A DNA stretch of 64,000 nt. Origin: the human T2T-CHM13v2.0 reference genome, Homo sapiens. The notes beneath the pieces were generated by a model that worked only from the letters and a program-made list of their open reading frames with translations, was not told where the DNA came from and did no database searches. The position numbers and the translations under genes are program-made. Location: assembly GCF_009914755.1 (NCBI RefSeq), contig NC_060937.1. One strand, given 5' to 3'. Position 1 is the first letter of the stretch. Each line of letters opens with the position of its first letter. Below, in pieces: positions 52,917-64,000 of the stretch.

Positions 52917-54199
52917 CTTTCCCAAGGTCACCAGAAGGTAGGTGATCTTCTTCAACACCCAGCCTCGGTGCCAAAGGGCAGTCCCCAGACAAGCTGCATC
53001 AGCATCATCTGGAAACCTGTTGGAAATGCCCTGCCTACTGACTCAGAAGTGATTGCTTGGCAACCTGTGGTTTCATGTGCCTTGCCAGTGATTTTGACTC
53101 AAGCTGAGAGGACATTTGTACTTACTGTTTCCTGAAGCTGAGGTGACAGGGATGGGGAGGAGGAAGCTGGCAGGTATCTGTGTCTCCCCACACCCTCAAT
53201 TTACCCAAATATGAAATTTGCTTAGGACCCATCCACACTTGCCCAGGGTTTAGGAGTCTGTTTAAAACTGCCCCAGGGAATTATTAGGTTCAGCAAAGTT
53301 TAGGAAACAGTGATTAGATCCTCCTGCCTTAGGAGCCCAATATAGGGAGGCTTTATAAAAATCCTTGTGCCAAGAGAAACGTTGTAAACTCTAACTCCGC
53401 GCTCTCACACTGAAGTCAAAACAAGGTTGTTGTTTTTCTCTCCTATTCACTAAATCCACAACAGCAGGAAAACCCATCTAACTTTGCCAACTGCCTTCCC
53501 CTCCCCTCCCTTCCCCCACCAATCTGTGGTGGATTGGGCCCCTTGGCCTCACTTCTACCTTCCCTCAAGGTGGGGAAATCAGAGCGAAAGAGTCCTGGGA
53601 GAAATTTTTACAGTCTGCTTTCCTTGGGGCCCACCCCTGGTTGGAAACTGACTTAAGCTTTCATGCTGTGTAATGTGGAAAGATCCAGCAATTAATGGTC
53701 ATTGCCAGAGGACACCCCTTTGAAAGAAAGAGGCTGCCACTGTATTCCCCTAAAAACTGTGGGACAGGGCTCACGACTACACTCCCCACCATTCTCTGCA
53801 GCAGGGGCTCCTGAGACAGAGCTGAACCTTCTCCAAAACGATGTGGGGTGAAGAGCAGGGAGTTGCAACTCCTACCTCCCCTAGGAGTGCTGGCCAGGTT
53901 GCCGTGGGAACTGATAAAGCCCCAGTGCAGGGAGAAGCCTCTCAGAGGTGAGAATCACCTGGGGCATTTGGATGAAATGCCAGTCCAGGCCCCTGTGCAG
54001 ATCCACTAAATCAGAATCTGTAGGGATGGGGCCTGAAAACTGGGTACTTTTAATTCTCGCCCAGTGATTCTGATGTGCAGACAGGGTTGAGAACCAGCGG
54101 TTAGCCTAATCAATTCTAAGAGAAAACCTCCATCTCTCCTCCGTCACAGGAACCTGTCACCTCTTAAAACCACAATGAGGTGGAGAGCCAACTAGGGCA

Positions 54200-55130
54200 C
54201 ACTGAGCGTGGTCACGGGGCGACGAAACCACCACGCACCGTTCCCCAGAAGCACACACTGGCTGGAAAGTTCCAGCTGGAGCCAAAGGTCGCAGTCCAGG
54301 TGCTGCATCTTTTTAAAGGAAACACACCCAAAGGCACTAGGACAGAGCCTTAGCTAGCGATTTAGATCCAGCCCTATCTGACGCCGCCAGCAGCACCACG
54401 AAGACACTTCCACGAGCACACCCAGCGGGGCGCCGAGGTGCCGCCCAAGAGGCTCCTTGGCGCCGGGGCCGCCTGACGTCAGTGGGACGGCCCTGGGCTT
54501 GGGCGCGCCACAGCCCCGCCCCTCGGGCGCCAGTCTCGGTCGCGGGCATTGAGCGGCTGGAGTCTGGCGACTGCCCCACGCCCAGCCGTGGGTCGCTAGA
54601 CGGCGGGCGCACCCGTCGTTCTGGACACGCTTAGTCGGCCCAGCGAGAGGGCGAAGGAGCCGCGGGCGCGTCCCCGCCAACCCTGCTCGCCCGCGCCGAG
54701 GCGGGCCACGTGACAGCCCGGGGCCCCGCGCCCCGCCGCGCCGCCTTACTTGGTGTACTCGCGCAGCCCCTTGGCGAACCACACGACGCTGCGGTACAGG
54801 GACATGCCGGGAGCGCCCCACGCCTAGCCCCACCGCGCTCCCGGCGCGGCCTCCGCCCTGGTCCCGCCCCCCGGGAGTCGCCCGCCCTGACATCATCCCG
54901 GTTATGTAAGAGCCGCGGCTTCCGGTTCCTTGCTCCACCGGTAAGGCAAGGGGTCTCGGGGCCGGCCGGTCGACTCCGCCCCAGCCTCAGAGGGTGGAGT
55001 GAGGGCGGACCGGCCCTGGTGGGGGCCGCAGTCGAGGTCCGCAGTCTCCTCGGGGTCGAAATCGGGCATCAGCGCCGTTTAGAGAACACCGTCCTGCTGG
55101 GCATGGCCGGGATGCGAAGATGGCCCTGCA
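54200..55130. promoter_or_regulatory. CpG island / DHRS12 promoter and first exon
   Basis: Very GC- and CpG-rich; GC boxes, CRE TGACGTCA 54474-54481, E-box CACGTG 54707-54712, D-box-like GTTATGTAAG 54901-54910, ETS-like CTTCCGG 54919-54925. Confidence 0.9.
54750..54805 (-). CDS. DHRS12: DHRS12 exon 1 coding part: MSLYRSVVWFAKGLREYT(K)
   Basis: ATG at 54805 in context cccggcATGt; AA|gtaagg donor; phase 2 fits exon 2. Confidence 0.93.
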
Positions 55131-56739
55131 ACGCACCTCCTAGAATTTGGTTACCTAGAAAACCATGTGGAATAAAACGACGAGGCTTATGATATTTAAA
55201 AGACTTCTGCATCGAATTGGTGTTATCATAAGGGTTATTTTAATAACTGGCATTCTCTAAGTTTCTACACGTGTTGGGGGATGCAGTGCCGTGCCACATT
55301 TCCCGTCTCCAGCAAGCGCAGTCAGATTGGCGACATCGCAGGCAAGAGGCAGGGCTGGGGCTCCCACCCGAGAAGTAATTGTCTCCAAAGTTGGACTTTT
55401 GCCACTGGTTCTGCGACTTCATGCAATGCCAGGGAGAGCCCCTTGATTTCCCCCAAATCCTCATCAGCCTCTTTCCACCCAAGCCCAGATGAACAGTGTG
55501 AGTAAAAAAGAGTGTGGTTGCTGCGTGAACCCAGATCTCAGACTAGTCATCCAGCCCCATTATGTAGGACTCAGACACCCCTGTCCACATCTAACCTCCA
55601 GCCCTAACGCCACATTAGAAATGGGGGTCTTACTGCTGCTGTCACTCCTAGTCACCCTGTTAAATTCTATACCGGTTTACCCAAGTCGCCCAGAGACTGG
55701 GCCCCACTTACATAAGCTGAAGAGACCAGCTGCTTTAATAGCCTCATTACCTAGGATATAGGATCACTGTCCAACCTCACTCCACAGTGGGCAAGTTTTT
55801 ACTTCAGAATAACTTTTGAAATAAATTTCCCCGGAACAGCTCGCCCCTCTCAACAGGACTCTGAGGCTCCACTACGTTGCTGTTATTCCTGACAGAGTGA
55901 TGAAAGGAAATTTAAACAAGTGGCATTTTGTAAAACCACCCCAGCCTGTGTGACTTTCAATGCCTGTCCGATTTGGCTGGGAAAATATTTTAGATCCCCA
56001 GGGCTACATACTGTTTTTTATACCCTCCTCTTTGTGTCAGTGATGGAAAAGGTGTCAATCTGCTCTGAATCTCTCTGAACACCTCAGGAAATAGGCTTTT
56101 GGCTCGCAGAGAGGGGATGAGAAATAGTTTTGAACCACCAAGTCTCTTGGAGGGTGTCAGCAGCCCCTTGAAGTAAAAGTGTGGCTGCAAACCCAGCTCT
56201 CTGCATTAGCCAGGTGAACCTGAGCATGCTGCATACACCCTCAGTCTTGGTTTCTTAATATGTAAAATGGGAATGAATATGCGCACCTCGTGGGGTGGTT
56301 GTGATTAAAGGCATTCATTATAAAGAGCTTAGTTTCATACAAAGTGATCAGAAGTGTTGGTTTCCCTCCTTAAGTTTTCTTCTCATTCCTTTTTCCCCTG
56401 CGCTTACAGCCATGCAGTGTACATTCAAGAAATTTCCATGAGGGCATGAGGTGTCCAGTGTTAGCCTCAAATCAAGCATCCACGAGGTAGTTAGTGTATA
56501 CATTATATACATTTAAAGAGGAGGTCTTAGGAAAAGCCAAACCCTGTCTCAAAGTGAGCTTCCACTCTCACCTGGATGCCAAGTAACACACACACACAAA
56601 CAAAGGGCAGTATGGAGTTCACAAGGGAATGTTCCCGTTTAACTGGAGTCAGCTGAGCTGGATTCTAGTCCAATTTCTGCCAGTTATTCCCTGTGTGACC
56701 CATGTGATAAAATGTATAGAAGGCTTAAAGTGTGCCAAG

Positions 56740-56930
56740 CATTGTGGATTATAGCACTTAATTCTCACACTGATCCATATGGTTACTCCTGCTATTATCC
56801 CCATTTTACAGATGAGCAAACTGAGAGAGGTTACATAACTTGACTCAGGTCACAGTAAATACATGGTGGAGCCAGGCTTTGAGACCAGGTAGTATGATTC
56901 CAGAGCCCACACCTTCCCTGCTGCATCATA
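56740..56930 (-). mobile_element. MIR SINE
   Basis: Core 'attatccccattttacagatgagcaaactgagagaggttacataacttgactcaggtcacag'. Confidence 0.8.
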
Positions 56931-57348
56931 CTAAATGGGGGCAAGTCACTTAGCCTCTGGGCCTCAGTTTTTCTCATCTGAACAGAAAGGGGGCCAGACT
57001 AGGCGCCACCCAGGGCTCCTTTCAGCTCCAACTTTCTATACATCTACTAAGAAAATTACATATGGATGCTAAATAAGTTAGGCCCAGGGTGCTTTTAAGA
57101 GAAACGTCAAAGTGGATAGGGTTGCTTCATTTCCCAGGGGTGGAAAGCCACTAAAATATTTCTTCTGTGTTCCTGGTTCCAATTTGCCACTCAAAAAGCC
57201 AAACAAAGAAATCATCCCCCAGAGTTCCATTCCAATTGATTTAGATCCCTGAGGCTAATTTTGACCAAAATGGAAGGAGAAGCAGAAGGTGTGGAAACCC
57301 ATGGCTTTCTGCACAACAGATACACATGATGAGAAGTCTGTATTCTCT

Positions 57349-57380
<32 letters not shown>

Positions 57381-59349
57381 ACCAGTGTTCATATCGCCTT
57401 CCACTGAAGCTCATACCAGTTCCTCTAGCCAAGTTGTCATGGCAACACCAGCTGCCAATGAGATCATGGAAGACAAGGTCATAATGGCAATGGTGCCTTA
57501 ATATTTTACCTGGCAAAGCCACTTAGTTATTAAGATGAATAACCATAAGTCATAAACTCATAGGAAGCTAGGCACCATTCATGTACATGTTTAGTGTACA
57601 ATTGGGGGTGGGGAATGGAAATGACAGCGAAGGGAAAGGAACAAAAAGGAAGAGAGGATGAGGCAGAGAGCGGAGAAGAAGGTCTCTGATGCTGATCCTT
57701 ATTTTTCAGTGTGGACCATGCACAGGTGCTGACCCTACCTGTACATGGATTAAGGAACTGGGCTCTTCCTAATGACAAGAAGTGGGGGGCGGGTCATGGG
57801 ATCCCAGCCTCAATCACAAAAGCCTTATCAGAAACCCAAGGCGACTGCTTTCTGGCATTCACTCCTAGCAGAAGAGAGCAGCAGCACAGGGAAGAGGTAT
57901 GTGGTAGATACCAGCCCACCCTCCTCCCCACTCCGCAGCTGACACAGTCACCGTGTAGAAAGGCCCTTCCAGCTGCCTCCCCATGTCCCTCGGTGCCCAT
58001 CATCCTTTACAGACTGGCTTGACCCAGGGCTGTCTGTTGCCCATCTGAACCAACTTCCTACCTAACAAATCAATTGGATTTAGGGGTTTCCTTCCTTTCA
58101 CAAGAAGCTAATCACAATGTGGGCCTCTGGCCAGAACTTTGGCAGTGGGGAGCCGAGGCGGGAGACAGACTCAGTTTACATTGAATGCCTTCTGTGCCAT
58201 TGAATTTTGTACCATGTGCATGAATCACTTACTTAGATTTAAAACATGCAGAGATCTACTTTCCCCAGCCCTGTGCACCCTCCAAGGACTGCAGACATTG
58301 GCAGTGAGATGGGCCCAAAGTGGGGCAGTAGTGAAGCCAGGGTGGTCAGTCTCCATGTAGCCAAGTTGATGGAGAAAGTGATTTTCCACAAACGGGACTC
58401 GTGTTCGTCTTAAACTCTCATGCAGCCTGCTTCTAGGGCTTCGGTTTTACGGCAAGCAAGTTCTGTTCTGAGTGCAAAAGCCGTGGGCTTTCTCTAGTGG
58501 TGCCTGGGGCAGGAGTAGCGCGAGGGCATGCAGGCTGCTTGGTGAGGTGGTTGTAGCTTGCCCTACCCACACTCTCTGTACCACCTTGTACCCACCTCTG
58601 GCCTCAGGAGAAGGGCCACCTACACAGGCGGGAGAGGGATGCAGACGCAAGGTGAGAACTGGGATAGAGAGTCAGAAGGCCCACATTCAGCTCTGAGGCA
58701 TCTTCAGAAAAGACACTTTACCTCCGTGAGCCTCAGTTTCCCCTCTACAGAGGAGCATAACTGTACAGTCCTCACAGCATTGTAATGAGAGTGAAATAAA
58801 GAAAATTTTCTCTTATTTAACAAATGCTCTACCTACTATGTGCCAAGCACTGTTTTAATCTCCTTACCAATGAAAACGAGGCACAGAGAGTTTCAGTGGC
58901 ACATCCAAGATCACACGCATCTGGAAAGGGGCAGAGCCAGGATCCCAGCCTGACGGTCTGGGTCCAGATGCCACATGCTTAACCCCTTCTCTGTAAGGAC
59001 GAGGGACATGTCCCATGGTGGTGTCTCCTCATTTCTTCTTTTAGTAACTTCTGTGGGACTGGAAATTTCCACTACTGTCCCCTCCCCTTTTTCGGTTGGT
59101 TGATTTGTTCTTGGGTGTGACAGGGTAGCTTATAATTCCCACAGTTTTTTCTACCAGGATTCCTCCCACTCCCAAACCCCTAAGCCAGTGGCACTCAGAG
59201 CTGGATGCTGAGCACTGCAGTCACTAAGAGTGAGACTGGGTTTGCAGCCTGGCCCTGCATATGCAGACAATGACCAAATGACCCCGCACTGGCCAGCTAT
59301 TTAATATTGAGCGACTGTGGAGGCTTGGGAGGACTGAGGAATACATTAC

Positions 59350-60110
59350 TTATTTTTATTTTTGACTATGGTAAAATACACACAACATAAAATTTACCAT
59401 TTTAACCATTTTTAAGTGTACAGTTCAATATTAAGTACATTTACATTGCCGCGCAACGATCCATCTTCAGAACTTTTTCATCTTATTAAACTGAAACTCT
59501 GTATCCATTAAACAAGAACTCCTCATTGCCCCCTTCCCCAGCCCCTGGTAACCACCATTCTACTTTCTATCCCTATGAATTTGACTACTCTAGGGACCTC
59601 ATCTAAGTAGAATCACACTTTGCCTTTTTGTGGATGGCTCATTTCAGTTAGCAACATGTCCTCCAGGTTCATCCATGTTGTAGCAAGTTTCAGAATTTCC
59701 TTCTTTTTTAGGGCTGCATAGTGTTCCATTGTGTGTATAAACCACATTTTGTTTATCCATTCATCCATAGATGGACACTTGGATTGCTTCAATTTCTTGG
59801 CTATTGTGAATAATATTAATATGAACATTGGTGTGCAAATACCTCTTTAAGACTCTGATTTCAGTTCTTTTGTGTGTATACCCAGAAGTGGAATTGCTGG
59901 GTGATATGGCAATTTTATTTTTAATTTTGGGGGGACCTTCCCTACTGTTTTCCATAGCTGCTGTGCCACGTTATGTTCCCACCAGTATTGCACAAGGGCT
60001 CCGGCTCACCGCATTCTTACCAACTTGTTATCTTCAGAGTTCGTTCCTTTTTTTATTTAATGGCATCCATCCTGATGCGTATGAGATTGCACCTCATTGT
60101 GGTACATTAT
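59350..60110 (-). mobile_element. L1MB-type 3' fragment
   Basis: L1 3' UTR hallmarks; ORFs 59613-59955 give L1 ORF2 C-terminal-like peptide (KQSKCPSMDEWINKMW). Confidence 0.88.
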
Positions 60111-60257
60111 TAATTTTTGTTATGTAACAACATACATTTTATACCTTCTGCAATATTCAGGTGTTGCTTCCGTCTTGTATCTGTTGCCGAATATATCTCA
60201 GTTGTAGGTATTCACACAATCACACGATATTGGAAGGATAGTTTGGTCCTTAAGTAG

Positions 60258-60515
<258 letters not shown>

Positions 60516-60998
60516 TTTTTAATGGTTTCCTTGGTGATGGTGGGATTTTGTTGACTCTCACACTCCTGGGGAACATAGAGAATAGCATCCACCCTAATCA
60601 ACCTCTCTCCTCTCAGGAGCTCGATGAGTCGTCGCGTCCAGGTGAGTCTCCCTCAGGTGCATCATGTGCCTAATCCAAAGGCCCTGCAACGAACTTCCCT
60701 AGGAGCCCAGTTCAGCCAGGGGCCTACTTAGGTACACGACAGGAGGAATGGCAAACAGTTTCTCAAACTGACCTCTCAGCTGTTCATTTGTCAAAATACA
60801 GTTTCACATTACTGCTTTTCCCATTTTGATTCACAGAAATGAGAGACCAGGCAAGTTACAGAGGATGAGCCTCTTAAAATAAGTCCTATGAATACATATT
60901 AGTCGTGTTTGAGGCAGAGCTCTGCGCTGGTAATGGAAAGAAATCCATGATCCAGGAAATAGAAAAATGCAGCTTGTCAAATAATATGAATAGTCTGA

Positions 60999-61310
<312 letters not shown>

Positions 61311-61589
61311 TAGTCCGACATAATGTAGGTAAAAAGTACCTATATTTATGCTTAACGATACATAGACATATTCCAAAAGGATACTACAGAATTAACACTG
61401 GGTACCTTTTTGGGGACCGGGAGTTGGGGGGGTGCTTCAAATCTTTTACTTTTTACCTCATACTCGTTTACACGATTTGAATCTCTAGCCATAGCATGTA
61501 TCACTTTTATAATAAAAATAAAGCTTTAAAATTGTCATTTTAGGAAAATAAAAAGGGTTGTAAAAGGGGATATACTAGTAATTTATGTC

Positions 61590-62060
61590 ATGCCTCCAGC
61601 TGTGGAGAAATAACCCTGGCTTAGGCCGGCTTCCCTGGAAGCAGAGTCTGAGATGAAGCTCTGGGATAAGGGATGTGTTGAGGGTGTGGCCTTGGGAGAA
61701 ACGAACTAGGGTAAGGGAGGAAGCACTGGGGAAAGGGAAGCGCTGGGAAAGGATGTGGCTTTCCACGAAGCCCTGCTTTCACCTGATCCCGCGGGCAGCT
61801 CTGGTGCATAAATGCCTCAAGTTTGACCTGCCCTGAAACAAGGGAGTTGGGCTTTTCCTCCCTCTTCCCCGACTCAGCCCTTAGCTATGGCTGTCGGTGG
61901 GGTGAACTGGGAGCGGGGAGAACTCTCAGGCTCCAGCTGGCTCCAGTCAACCAAGGCGGCCCCCACAAAAGGGTGCAGGTGTGCGCCATTAGCGCCAGCA
62001 CCTGCTGCTGGGGGCGGGAGGGGACGCTGGGCTGACAGAAGGGATCCCAGGGGAATCTGG
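61590..62060 (-). mobile_element. ERVL LTR (LTR33/LTR16-like)
   Basis: 'ttccctggaagcagagtctgagatg' is the reverse of the typical LTR33/LTR16 3' end. Confidence 0.5.
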
Positions 62061-62559
62061 GCTTCAACCCCTTTCCCCAGTGACTTGGGAATCGAACCCA
62101 AACTGGCTTCCTTATAAACAAATGTATAAACTGTAAATTGATGTAGGAAATGTTTTTCTTTTCTGTTTTCTTTTTGATGGCTATGGGAAGGTACAGGCTA
62201 CAGGACATTGTATTAAATAGCAGCTTAAATACTCAAAAAAAGATATAAAGAGTAAAAAACATCAGTTTGCAAGAGTCCGATCAGACAGCAAGAGTTTTGC
62301 AGTGGTGGGAAAATCACTGGAAGGCTGGAGAAGAGGATGTGCCAGCCTGCTCTCAGGAAGCAGGCGGCGAGGGTTCTGATCTGGCTACTGTTAGTGGTCA
62401 AGAAGACTTTTTTATTTTTTTCACTTCCTTGGCAATGTATATCTCACCACTGATTATATCTCCCTTCCGGCATTGAGAAGTTGAGGAAATTCAAAGACAG
62501 ATTTGAACCCAGGACTAGATAACCCAGAGAATAAGGCCAAAGAAAGGCAGGGGTGGCTC

Positions 62560-63085
62560 TAGGAGGCTGTATTCTAAGGCCTACAATTCTCTGGGCTGCC
62601 TTGACATCTCTGAGCCTCACAGAGGCCCAAGGGCTTAACTGTGAGTTCCTCTGTGAGTTCCCCTGCCCTCACCAGGCATGCCCCTGACTCAGCAGGCAAG
62701 GTCTCCCACCTGACCAGTACCCTGTCAGTCACCACCACTCACCCAGCCACCAACCTAATGGGTTTCCCCTCACTGCCCGTCTGTGAAATTACTCAAGCAA
62801 GACAGGAAACTCCTCCCATGGGAACACAGGGTTACCTGGTCCTCTTGCTACTACAAGGCATGACCCCCACGGCCCCTGCCGGTCCACTCTGTTCCCAAGT
62901 GCAAGCCCCATGTGGCCCTGCATAACATGCTGTGTCCTCCTCCCCCAGGCAGTGAGTCTAGTGACTAATAAGCTGCTGTCCATCACATCTGTCCAGTGGG
63001 GGAAGGGTTGCATTTGGGCTTCTCCCACTATTTAGGACAGGGACCCCTCCCTCACCAATAGGGTAAGTAGGAAGTAATCAGAACA
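62560..63085 (+). mobile_element. Solo LTR, family uncertain
   Basis: TG...CA bounded segment with poly(A)-like 'gactaataagctgctg' and LTR-like U5. Confidence 0.45.
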
Positions 63086-63267
63086 GAGGGACGTTTTGAG
63101 TCACAAGCCTTTTTGGGAACATGCTGTATGTGCAAACTCTTAATACCAGCAGCAAGTCCCAGTTGCTTTTCCTTTGCCTATGAAGCAGAGCTTACTTCTC
63201 TGAACAATGCAGTAAGTTTTAAAAGCTGACCAGTATAACAAAGGAAGTGTCTTAGAGAAAACAACAG

Positions 63268-63600
63268 GGCTGGGTGAGGTGGCTAATGCCTGTAATCTGC
63301 GCACTTTGGGAGGCTGAGGCAAGAGGACTGCTTGAGGCTAGGAGTTTGAGACCAGCCTGGGCAACATAGTGAGACCCCCATCTCTTAAAAAAAAAACCCC
63401 ACAAAAAACAAAAAACCAACCAACCAAAAAAACCTGACTGGGCACGGTGGCATGCCTATAGTCCCAGCTACTCAAGAAGCTGAGGTAAGAAAATTACCCC
63501 AGTCCAGGAGTTCAAGGCTGCAGTGGGCTTTGATTGTACCACTGGACTCCAGCCTGAGTGACAGAGCAAGACCCCATCTCTTAAAAAAGAGAGAGAGAAA
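63268..63600 (+). mobile_element. AluJ element
   Basis: Dimeric Alu with expanded A-rich linker. Confidence 0.92.
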
Positions 63601-64000
63601 ACAACAGATGTATTTGGAAACACTCTTCTCTTATTTCTCTTCTGCTTGCAATGGCAAAATGCTGTCTCCTGGGATATCCAAGATAACGTAGCTGCTGTGA
63701 TGCTAGGCTAACCTGAAAAGTGAACTACTGAAATTCTAGCTCTAGAAAAGACAGACTAGTTGTCTTATTAGTTCTATACTTATAAAAGATAAATTATCAC
63801 TAGGATTACTAAGAAGAATTTTCTGTTAGATCATTTTTCTCAATTCTCCACTACAGACTCATCTACTCACCTGAGGATTATGAGGATTATGAGTTTTATG
63901 GAGCAAAATTTGCCTAGAACAGGTTGTCAGCTTCTGTGGACACAGTCTTCTACCCTCAGAAATCCCATTGGAAGAAAGAACAAATGAAGCATCCCAAGGA

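Noticed and set aside
54337-55192. 194-, 160- and 91-aa ORFs over the promoter
   Set aside because: Expected from stop-poor GC-rich CpG-island sequence; the real frame is the 56-nt DHRS12 exon 1

Overview
Primate, almost certainly human, genomic DNA matching the WDFY2-DHRS12 locus (13q14.3 from memory). The + strand carries the last five coding exons of WDFY2 (C-terminal WD40 repeats and the FYVE zinc finger) and a long 3' UTR. The - strand carries the complete 10-exon DHRS12 short-chain dehydrogenase/reductase gene. My manual splicing gives 954 nt = 317 aa + stop, with all junctions GT-AG and in phase. The two genes converge tail-to-tail near 18.9 kb, and DHRS12 has a CpG-island promoter at about 54.2-55.1 kb. 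The rest is intronic or intergenic, with Alu, L1, L2, MIR, MER and LTR relics. Nearly all ORFs in the supplied track are spurious. The least-explained signal is a ~150-bp segment present in two consecutive WDFY2 introns, each copy closed by its own unrelated terminal inverted repeat; it is a candidate unannotated intronic structured RNA. Other notable items: a 1.8-kb compound VNTR with a 275-bp higher-order period inside an MLT1 LTR, a dual-frame DHRS12 exon 2, a palindromic bidirectional poly(A) signal, and templated-insertion scars. Repeat subfamily calls are from memory of consensus sequences and their boundaries are approximate.
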